This document shows positions 56,443 to 64,000 of a DNA stretch of 64,000 bases, in pieces. Where the stretch lies: positions 247 to 64,246 of the forward strand of contig JAHFCE010000016.1 of the NCBI GenBank assembly GCA_023249675.1. Direction: 5' to 3'. The notes below the pieces were generated by a model. The model made no database searches, had not been told where the DNA came from, and saw nothing but the letters and a program-made list of their open reading frames with translations. The translations under genes were made by a program, and so were the position numbers. This DNA comes from Elusimicrobiota bacterium. GTDB taxonomy: Bacteria; Elusimicrobiota; Elusimicrobia; UBA1565; UBA9628. Positions within the stretch are counted from its first letter, which is position 1. Each line of letters opens with the position of its first letter.

Positions 56443-58599
56443 TTAGTCCATAAGGATGGAAGGTTCGGCGAAGCGGGACTTGGCCTCTCCCGCGCTCCGC
56501 AGGAGCTCATTGTCTGGACGATCCCTCTTGAGGACGTAGTGCAGGGCGAGATCCTCCTTCCCCTTGGGGCGGTCCACCACGGCCACGAAGTCGGCGGTCA
56601 AGTCCATCGGGTCCACGAGCTGGACGAACACGCGCAAGGCGCGATCATAGGATAGGCCGCTCTGCCCCAAGCCCCCGAAAGCCTTGGCCAGCGCCGCGGA
56701 GCGAGACTCGTTGTCAGGCGCGTTGCGCACCGCGAGCAGGTCGGCGACCAGGCCGGAGGCCTCCTGGGCCAACGCCCGAAGCTCGTCTTTTTCATCTCTG
56801 CACCCGATGAAACACAGGAACCGATTCATGACGGACGGGGAATCGGCGACAGCGGCGTAGGATTTGACGATGTCCTCGGACGTCGCGGCCATCAGCTGCT
56901 TGACCGCCTCCTGATTGAAGACGAGAGTGAAGGCGATCGAGGCGTTCCGGTTGGAGGGCTCCTGATTGGCGCCGGGAGGAGCATAGGGATCGATGGGGCG
57001 GCCGAAATCGGGCTCGGGCGCCGGGGGCGGCACGGGGAAATATTGGGCAAGCGGCAGGGCCAGGCGCGGGTTCGCTCCGTTGCCGTGCGTGCCGGCCAAG
57101 GCCATGATGTCGCTGAACTGCGCGGCCGTCTCGCGGACGGAGGACTCCGTCGTGCGCAGGAAGCCGTGCTGTTGGATATAAACCACGATCGGGTCGCCGT
57201 AAGCCTCACCGGCCTTGGCCTGGGTCACGACCTGGACGTCGCGCTGAACGTTGTCCTTGATCATCGGCCCGACGAACGGGAGGATCACGTACTCGGAGGC
57301 ACGAGACTTGTCGGCGTGCTCGAAGTGATACTCGCCTCCCTCGCCGCCGTAGCGCGCCGTCGTGTCGTCGCCCTGAAGGGTCGCCCAGTTCTGGGCGGTC
57401 AGCAGAGGCAGGTTGAGCGTGGTCAACTCGGCCTTACGCGCGTAGGCGTTGATCGCCGCATAAGACGCCTCTCCCAACTGCGCGTCGTGCTCCGCCTTCA
57501 TGCGCAGGTAAGCGGCCTCCACATTCTCATCGGTGGCCTGCTGGGCGCTCATGCGCCAGCCCATCTTGACCAAGGATTCGAAGTCGCCGTGCAAGGCTGC
57601 GGCGACCGCCTCGGCCTGCGCGGGATCACGTGGGTCCACGACGTACTCGAGAAGGACGCGCTTGCCGTGCGAGCTGGAATGCTCGAACCCGAGCGAGGCC
57701 GCCGTGTAACTCTTGAGCCGGCGGGCGGCCTCGCGGTCGATGAATTTGGAGAGGATATCGGCCCCCAGAGAGGCGAACTGCGCCGCCGGGATGGTCTCGG
57801 CGATTTGGCCTCCCTTCGTGCGGACCTCGACGCGATCGACGCGGAATCGAAAGCGCAGCGCGGACTCGGAGAGGCGGTAGATCGTCAGCGCCGCCGCCCC
57901 GGTTTCAGCGCCGTTGAAGGAGAGCGAGATGTTGAGGTTTTCGGCCGCCGCGTCGGAAAGCGTCTCGGCGTGGCCGACGGTCAGGCGGAAGGGAAGGCGC
58001 CATAACTCGCCGATTTTCATCGCCGCGATGCGCTCGCCCTTCAAGGGCAGGATGGTCTTGATGTCGCGAAGATCCACGAGCGTGTCGAGCTCCTTGCACG
58101 TGGCTTTGCCCTCCAAAGGGCGGATGACCATGGAGGAGCCCTCGAGGCTGCCTCCAAGCCGCAAAGCCACCGCCGCACCCGCCGCTTGGCCGAGGGCCTC
58201 GGAAAAAGCATGGCTGTAGCCCACTCTCAAGGTCTCCTCATCGATGACCGTCAGGCGGCCGTCGGGACGCGGGGCCAGCCAACGCTTAAAGCCCGTCCCC
58301 GTGCCGCCGAAGTCTCCGGGAAGGTTATACTCGTAGCGGAGCCTGACGTTGCGGCAGAGCTGGTCGAGAACACGTTCGCGCATTTTCTCGCCGAAGCTCA
58401 CGCGTTCGGGAGCGGAAAAACCTCCTTCCGGCGTGGTCGGACCGACCGGCGAGGCAGGTGTGCTGCCCGGGTCGGCCGCAAGCGAGATGTAGGCCTGCCA
58501 CTCGCTGTCGCCGTCCGCGTCCGGAACGGCAGCCAGAACCGCCGAGCAAGACAGGGCGAAAGAGGCGATCAGGACGGCGCGGCTGAAACGTCCACTCAT
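56443..58599 (-). CDS. secreted hypothetical protein, 718 aa
   Basis: Signal peptide; no recognised domain. Confidence 0.75.
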   Translation of the reverse strand: MSGRFSRAVLIASFALSCSAVLAAVPDADGDSEWQAYISLAADPGSTPASPVGPTTPEGGFSAPERVSFGEKMRERVLDQLCRNVRLRYEYNLPGDFGGTGTGFKRWLAPRPDGRLTVIDEETLRVGYSHAFSEALGQAAGAAVALRLGGSLEGSSMVIRPLEGKATCKELDTLVDLRDIKTILPLKGERIAAMKIGELWRLPFRLTVGHAETLSDAAAENLNISLSFNGAETGAAALTIYRLSESALRFRFRVDRVEVRTKGGQIAETIPAAQFASLGADILSKFIDREAARRLKSYTAASLGFEHSSSHGKRVLLEYVVDPRDPAQAEAVAAALHGDFESLVKMGWRMSAQQATDENVEAAYLRMKAEHDAQLGEASYAAINAYARKAELTTLNLPLLTAQNWATLQGDDTTARYGGEGGEYHFEHADKSRASEYVILPFVGPMIKDNVQRDVQVVTQAKAGEAYGDPIVVYIQQHGFLRTTESSVRETAAQFSDIMALAGTHGNGANPRLALPLAQYFPVPPPAPEPDFGRPIDPYAPPGANQEPSNRNASIAFTLVFNQEAVKQLMAATSEDIVKSYAAVADSPSVMNRFLCFIGCRDEKDELRALAQEASGLVADLLAVRNAPDNESRSAALAKAFGGLGQSGLSYDRALRVFVQLVDPMDLTADFVAVVDRPKGKEDLALHYVLKRDRPDNELLRSAGEAKSRFAEPSILMD

Positions 58600-58759
58600 T
58601 TGGTTATTGTAAGTCCCTGACGCTCCCCGCGCCCGGGCCTTAGGGCCTAGAAACCCGCCGCTAAGCGGCCCGGGGGATACTAAATCGGTAACAAGGTTTG
58701 GCTACACTCAAGCTCAGACGGCGGCGGACGCCGACGGACCGCGACAGGATGACAACACG

Positions 58760-59524
58760 ATGATGAGCCGAGGCGTCCCCGCCGTCCCCCATCAGACTCA
58801 GGGTCCCGTTCAGGCTCTTTGCCTCGCGCTGATGCTCCTGGCCTGCCCCGCGCGCGCCGACGACTGGGCCGAGTCCGCCCGTCCCGTGTATCGAGGCGTG
58901 GAAGCCGTGGCCGACGGCGTGTATGGCCTCGTGCGCGGCCACCTGATCTCCGCACTCCTCCCCGGCCGCCTGTCGCGCCGCATGAGTGCCGTACCTGTCG
59001 GAACCTCCGAGAAGATTTTTTCCGAACGCCTACACGAACGCCAGGAGAAGGCATCCCGCCGTCTCCTGGACGCTCATCCCGTCGGCCCGCTCGGTCCCGC
59101 TGATACCGCCGCTTGGCGGCGGCGGGCCGTCAATTCGCAGGCGACCGTCGTCACCGACGCCATCGCCGACGCCTTGGTTCGCCGCTATCAGCTCGAGCGC
59201 TTCGGCAAGGACTCCGGCGCGTACGCCGCGAACGTCTCCAACTGGGACCCCGAGTTCCTCGTGTCCGCCGGCGTCCTCGGCGGCGCCTACCTGTATGTCG
59301 CAGGCCTGCGCACCGATTTTTCCATCGGTCCCCTGCGCGTGGACTTCGACACCCGCCCCGGCGCGGCCATGCAGGGCGCCCTCCAGGACGGCGACGCCCC
59401 CGGCTTGGCCGCGCTGACATTGTCTCGCCGCGGCTCCCCCCTCTCGTTCAAGACCGAGTGGGGCGTCAAGGACGGCCGCATGGCCGCCGACAAAATCGGC
59501 GTCAATTACTCAACGCGCTTCTAA
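58760..59524 (+). CDS. secreted hypothetical protein ending in Phe
   Basis: Signal peptide (LMLLACPARA); C-terminal KIGVNYSTRF. Confidence 0.65.
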   Translation: MMSRGVPAVPHQTQGPVQALCLALMLLACPARADDWAESARPVYRGVEAVADGVYGLVRGHLISALLPGRLSRRMSAVPVGTSEKIFSERLHERQEKASRRLLDAHPVGPLGPADTAAWRRRAVNSQATVVTDAIADALVRRYQLERFGKDSGAYAANVSNWDPEFLVSAGVLGGAYLYVAGLRTDFSIGPLRVDFDTRPGAAMQGALQDGDAPGLAALTLSRRGSPLSFKTEWGVKDGRMAADKIGVNYSTRF

Positions 59525-61440
59525 GCGGGACGCTTCATAAAAATCGCCGCCAGCGGCGGCAGCGACAGCTTCACCGAATAGGGTCGGCCGTGCCACGGCT
59601 CCTGGACGGCCTTGACAGGAGCGCCGCGAGCAACGCCTGAGCCGCCGAACTCGGCGGCATCCGAGTCGGCCAGCTCCGACCACTCCCCCGCGCACGGCAC
59701 GCCGACACGGTAGCCGCCGCGCGGCACCGGCGTGAAGTTGAACACGCACAACACTTCTTCATCGGCCGATGCGCCTTTTCTCAAGAAGGACAGCACCGAG
59801 TTGTCCGCGTCGGAGGCGTCCACCCACTCGAAGCCGGCCGGATCGCAGTCGCGCGCGTGCAGCGCGGACTCGGCGCGATAGACACGGTTGAGGTGAGAGA
59901 GCCAGCGCAGAACGCCGCGATGGCTCTCGTGCTCAAGAAGATGCCAGTCGAGACTGCGCTCATGGCTCCACTCCCGGCGCTGGGCAAGTTCGCCGCCCAT
60001 GAACAGGAGCTTTTTGCCGGGCATCGCCCACTGCCAGGCGTACAGCAGGCGCAGGTTCGCGAACTTACGCCAGTCGTCGCCGGGCATCTGCGCAAGCAAA
60101 GCGCCCTTGCCGTGCACGACCTCATCGTGCGAGAGCGGCATCACGAAGTTCTCGTGGAACTGATAGATCGCGCGGAAGGTGATCTCATTCTGGTGGTGCT
60201 TACGGTGGACCGGATCCTGGCGCATGTACTGCAGCGTGTCGTGCATCCAACCCATGTCCCACTTGAGGCCGAAGCCCAGTCCGCCAAGATAAGTCGGCTT
60301 CGAGACGCCCGGCCAGGCCGTGCTTTCCTCGGCGATCGTCTGGGCGTCGGGATGATTCTTGTAGATCGCTTCGTTGAGTTTCTTCAGAAAGTTGATGGCC
60401 TCGAGGTTCTCGCGCCCGCCGAACTTGTTCGGAATCCACTCCCCCTCCTTGCGGGAGTAGTCGAGGTAGAGCATCGACGCGACCGCGTCCACGCGCAGGC
60501 CGTCGGCATGGAACTTCTCCAGCCAGAACAGGGCGTTGGAAATAAGAAAGGCCCTCACTTCGTTGCGCCCGTAATTGTAGATGGCGCTTTTCCAGTCGGG
60601 GTGGAACCCGAGCTTTGGATCGGAGTGCTCGTAGAGCGCGGTGCCGTCAAAGAAGCCGAGGCCGTGCGCGTCCGTGGGAAAATGCGACGGCACCCAGTCG
60701 AGGATCACACCGATGCCTTCCTGATGAAGATGGTCCACGAGGAACATGAAGTCCTGCGCGCAGCCGTAGCGCGAGGTGGGCGCGAAGTAGCCTGTGGTCT
60801 GATAGCCCCAAGAACCGTAGAAGGGGTGCTCCATGACGGGCAAAAGTTCGACGTGAGTAAAGCCGAGTTCTTTGACGTGCGCGGCAAGCAAGGGCGCGAT
60901 CTCGCGGTAATTCAAAGACCGGTCGTTTTCCTCCGGCACGCGGCGCCAGGAACCCAGGTGCGCCTCGTAGATGGACATCGGAGCCGACAGCGCCGCGCGG
61001 TCCCGGCGGCCCTTCATCCACCCCGCGTCGCCCCATTCGTAGTCGAGATCCCAGACGACGGAGGCGGTGCGCGGCGGCTGCTCGTGGCGGAAGCCGCAGG
61101 GATCGGCCTTTTCGCCTTTGTGGCCGTTCACATGCGATGAAATCCAGTACTTGTACACGTCCCCCCGGAGCACGCCGGGGATGAAGCCCTCCCAAATGCC
61201 GGACGAGGCGCGGGGCTTCAGCGGATGCTTGGTCTTGGCCCAGCCGTTGAAGTCGCCCATGACGGCGACCTTCTTGGCGTTCGGGGCCCAGACGGCAAAG
61301 CGCGTGCCCGCCACGGCATCCCGCGTCTCCAAATGAGCGCCGAGCTTGTCGTGGAGGCGGACATAAGTGCCCTCGTTGAAGAGGTAGAGATCCAGGTCGG
61401 AGAAGGCCGACTCCCCATGGTCGACGGCCCCGGCGCTCAT
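59521..61440 (-). CDS. glgB: 1,4-alpha-glucan branching enzyme
   Basis: FAVWAPNA, IYEAHLGSW, SWGYQ, DWVPSHF, GLRVDAVASM, AEESTAWP, LPLSHDEVVHGK; ATG 61440 overlaps the malQ stop. Confidence 0.95.
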   Translation of the reverse strand: MSAGAVDHGESAFSDLDLYLFNEGTYVRLHDKLGAHLETRDAVAGTRFAVWAPNAKKVAVMGDFNGWAKTKHPLKPRASSGIWEGFIPGVLRGDVYKYWISSHVNGHKGEKADPCGFRHEQPPRTASVVWDLDYEWGDAGWMKGRRDRAALSAPMSIYEAHLGSWRRVPEENDRSLNYREIAPLLAAHVKELGFTHVELLPVMEHPFYGSWGYQTTGYFAPTSRYGCAQDFMFLVDHLHQEGIGVILDWVPSHFPTDAHGLGFFDGTALYEHSDPKLGFHPDWKSAIYNYGRNEVRAFLISNALFWLEKFHADGLRVDAVASMLYLDYSRKEGEWIPNKFGGRENLEAINFLKKLNEAIYKNHPDAQTIAEESTAWPGVSKPTYLGGLGFGLKWDMGWMHDTLQYMRQDPVHRKHHQNEITFRAIYQFHENFVMPLSHDEVVHGKGALLAQMPGDDWRKFANLRLLYAWQWAMPGKKLLFMGGELAQRREWSHERSLDWHLLEHESHRGVLRWLSHLNRVYRAESALHARDCDPAGFEWVDASDADNSVLSFLRKGASADEEVLCVFNFTPVPRGGYRVGVPCAGEWSELADSDAAEFGGSGVARGAPVKAVQEPWHGRPYSVKLSLPPLAAIFMKRPA

Positions 61441-62942
61441 TGCGGGTGCGGCGCGCGGCTGCAAGCGCCGGTGAGCAAAGCCAGGCGCGCGGCCAAACTC
61501 GCGGTGAGCGCGCCCGCCTCCATGCGCCAACGCCAGTTGTTCTCGGCGCTGCCGGGCCGATTCATGCGTCCATCGCCGCCGAGATTGAGCACATCCTGCA
61601 TCGGGACGATCACGGTGCGCGCGGGCGAACGCCAAACGAGGCTCAGCAGGTCCCACGAAGGCAGCTCCGGCTCGCGGCCGAGCGCCCGGCTAAACGCGCG
61701 CCGCTCCTTCTCCGCCGTCTCCGCTGGACGCTGCGCGTTCGACGCGCCGGCATCCTCCCACCAGCCGCGCGCCGTGTCGTTGTCGTGCGTGCCGGTGTAG
61801 CCCACGCAGTTCTCCGGCCAATTCTCCGGCCAGTCTTTTTCGCTCCCGCCGAACGAGAACTGCGCCAAGCGCATGCCTGGAAATTTGAACTGGTCGCGCA
61901 GCGCAAGGACTTCGGGCGTGGCCACGCCGAGATCCTCGGCGACGATCTCAAGGCCCTCAACCTCGCGCCGCACGGCCTTAAAGAGCTCCTCTCCCGGCGC
62001 CTCGACCCAGCGGCCCTTGACCGCGGTCGTCTCGCCCGCGGGAATCTCCCAATAATTGCGAAAGCCGATGAAATGATCGAGGCGCAAGGCGTCGAAGCGC
62101 TCGGCGCAGGCCTTCAAACGCGCGGTCCACCACGCAAAGCCCGTCTCCTGGTGGCGGTCCCAACGGTACAGCGGATTGCCCCACAGCTGGCCCGTCGCGG
62201 AGAAGTAGTCCGGCGGCACGCCCGCGACCGCGGTCGGTCGACCCTCGTTGTCAAGGAAGAACAGGTCCTGGTGGGCCCAGCAGTCCGCGCTGTCATGGCG
62301 GACGTAGATCGGGGCGTCGCCCATGAGGCTGACGCCGCGCGCGGCGGCGTGCCGGCGCACGGCCTGCCACTGGCGAGCGAACAACCACTGCGCGAACTCA
62401 TGATAGCGCAACTCATCGGGCACGTTCGCGCGGGCCTCATCAAGGCGCGCGGGCTCGCGGCGGCGCAGGCGCTCGTCCCACTCGGTCCAGGGCCGGCCGT
62501 GGTTGGCGTCCTTGAGCGCGAAGAACAAGGCGTGGTCGGCAAGCCACCAAGCCTCGCGGACGCGAAAGGCCTCAAAGTCCTCCTTTTTCTCGCGCGAGGC
62601 GCGCTTGCGGAATTGGCCGAATGCGGCGCGCAGGGCTTTTTCCTTGCTCTGACCAAGCTCGGACTTCTTCAGCAAGCCCTCAACAGCCAAGAGATCCGCG
62701 CAGATCAGCCCCGGGCTGCCCGCGAAACTCGAGGGCGAGGCGTACGGCGAGCCGAGCTCATCGGGCGGGCACACCGGCAGCATCTGCCACCACGATTGGC
62801 CGCAGTCCGCGAGGAAGTCCACGAAGCGCAGGGCTTCCGCGCCCAAGGTCCCGCCGCGCAGACCGAGAAGGGACGTCGGATGCAGGAGCAGGCCGCTAGA
62901 ACGGCGCGACAAAGACGGTTTTGATGGCACCTTGGCCTGCAT
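61437..62942 (-). CDS. malQ: 4-alpha-glucanotransferase (amylomaltase)
   Basis: GLLLHPTSL, WQMLP, SPYASPS, GDAPIYV, GVPPDYFSATGQLWGNP, RLDHFIGF, AEDLG, YTGTHDNDT; start set at ATG 62942. Confidence 0.95.
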   Translation of the reverse strand: MQAKVPSKPSLSRRSSGLLLHPTSLLGLRGGTLGAEALRFVDFLADCGQSWWQMLPVCPPDELGSPYASPSSFAGSPGLICADLLAVEGLLKKSELGQSKEKALRAAFGQFRKRASREKKEDFEAFRVREAWWLADHALFFALKDANHGRPWTEWDERLRRREPARLDEARANVPDELRYHEFAQWLFARQWQAVRRHAAARGVSLMGDAPIYVRHDSADCWAHQDLFFLDNEGRPTAVAGVPPDYFSATGQLWGNPLYRWDRHQETGFAWWTARLKACAERFDALRLDHFIGFRNYWEIPAGETTAVKGRWVEAPGEELFKAVRREVEGLEIVAEDLGVATPEVLALRDQFKFPGMRLAQFSFGGSEKDWPENWPENCVGYTGTHDNDTARGWWEDAGASNAQRPAETAEKERRAFSRALGREPELPSWDLLSLVWRSPARTVIVPMQDVLNLGGDGRMNRPGSAENNWRWRMEAGALTASLAARLALLTGACSRAPHPQ

Positions 62943-63003
62943 TCTAGCAGAAGCGTCCGAAGTGTTGGACGCCGATGCCGACCGCATGATCTCTCTCATG
63001 AAA

Positions 63004-63027
63004 AATTGTCTATAAAAATAGACAATT
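63004..63027. promoter_or_regulatory. perfect palindrome, candidate operator between malQ and the divergent kinase gene
   Basis: AATTGTCTAT-AAAA-ATAGACAATT. Confidence 0.55.
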
Positions 63028-63176
63028 GGTGGAAACACGTTCAAGTCTCCGAGCCGGCATAGCAAGCCCCGGGCGAAGTTGTCTATGTCATTGATTAACA
63101 CTTGCAGGTCTCTTGGCCCCGCCGCCTAGGACCTTTGCACCTGGCTGCGCATCCCTCTAGAAGGCCATACTGACGT

Positions 63177-64000
63177 ATGGGTAGAAAAGCCTTCTGCAGC
63201 CTTCTGGGCTTGCTCTCGGCAACCGTCCCGGCTTCGGGCTGGGCGACGAAGATCGTTGGGTCCGTTGCGGCCGCGCCGCCGGCGATCCATGTGCCCCCGG
63301 CTGCGCCGTCTTGGACTCAGCCGTCTCACCCCGGACTTGCCTCCTCGATTCCAGTCCTCCCGTCTCTGGTTGCCGCGGCGCCAGCGTCGCCTCCGGCATC
63401 GCCTCTTCCGGTCCTGAAGCAAATCGACGTTTTCTCGAGCCAAGCCCTGAAGGTGTCTTCTCCAGAAGAGGGCGTCCGCGCCACCGGATCAGTTTTCGAT
63501 CGGGCGGCCGGCGAGGAAGGCACGGTCGTCGCGCCGGACGGATCGCTTGACCCTCTCCAGCTCGGCGGCCTCCGGCACAGCTGGGGCAAGCCTCGTCTGA
63601 AGGATCGGAAGCTGGAAGTCTTGGGCAAAGGCTCTTTCGGCACGGTGTACGCGCACCCCCTCATGCCGAGCGCTGTCATCAAGATAATGGCGACCCTCTC
63701 ATCCAAGGACGCGCGGCTGGAAGCCGAACGAGAACGACAAGTCGGCCAGGCTTTGGCGCGAGCCGGGGCTGGCCCCCAAGTCTTGGGCGTGGCGTCCCTC
63801 CCCCGCAGCTCCTCTGGCCTACAGCGCTGGCTCTGGAACCGACTCGGAATCAACGACCGGGCGCTCGTGATCAAAGAAAGGGTCTATGGCCGAACCGTCG
63901 AAGACATGATTCGGAAGCGTCGTTTTACTCGAAACGACTACGAGCTGATCCAGCGGATGCTGGAACGCATGGCGCAGGCCCGCATCCGGGCCCAGGATCT
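63177..64000 (+). CDS. signal-peptide protein-kinase-like protein, truncated by window end
   Basis: Hand translation: MGRKAFCSLLGLLSATVPASGWA, Pro/Ala linker, LGKGSFGTVY, AVIK, EAERE, IKERVYG, ending RIRAQD; not in the ORF track. Confidence 0.8.
   Translation, partial: MGRKAFCSLLGLLSATVPASGWATKIVGSVAAAPPAIHVPPAAPSWTQPSHPGLASSIPVLPSLVAAAPASPPASPLPVLKQIDVFSSQALKVSSPEEGVRATGSVFDRAAGEEGTVVAPDGSLDPLQLGGLRHSWGKPRLKDRKLEVLGKGSFGTVYAHPLMPSAVIKIMATLSSKDARLEAERERQVGQALARAGAGPQVLGVASLPRSSSGLQRWLWNRLGINDRALVIKERVYGRTVEDMIRKRRFTRNDYELIQRMLERMAQARIRAQD

Noticed and set aside
1-64000. CRISPR array or cas operon
   Set aside because: No regularly spaced repeats with unique spacers; the Cas4-like gene stands alone

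Overview
GC-rich bacterial chromosome segment. The gene style (many signal-peptide proteins with Pro/Ala linkers, one giant gene) resembles Elusimicrobiota, but the taxon is inference. Five blocks: (1) 1-5600, an operon-like run of KamA-type radical SAM (partial), rfbC, a hypothetical gene, a polar amino acid ABC transporter and patA. (2) 5842-16780, a 3346-aa protein (signal peptide, M50 site-2 protease, 12 prodomain-like repeats, ClpB-type double AAA+), with two inverted structured elements and a start-less MerR HTH upstream. (3) 16916-24790, mgtE, an RluA-family gene, a P-II-like gene, a B12 radical SAM and an SDR. (4) 24965-42923, a lower-GC ~18 kb island integrated by a large serine recombinase into the 3' end of tRNA-fMet. 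It carries a second (tyrosine) integrase with an apparent attP, phage-like regulators, a type II RM pair and an integrase-less array of attC-like cassettes with defence-like content: two HEPN genes, an Abi-alpha-like gene, DGQHR plus GIY-YIG, and a diadenylate-cyclase-domain gene paired with a 3-TM protein. (5) 43010-64000, an AbiE TA pair, a series of signal-peptide proteins carrying normally cytoplasmic enzyme domains (PTS enzyme I-like, PLD, zincin, kinase), cspA, glgB and malQ. Best candidates for undescribed systems: the DAC plus membrane-protein cassette, the S2P-Hsp100 giant fusion, and the shared-leader exported enzyme family. All domain calls are from motif recognition by eye; no searches were run.
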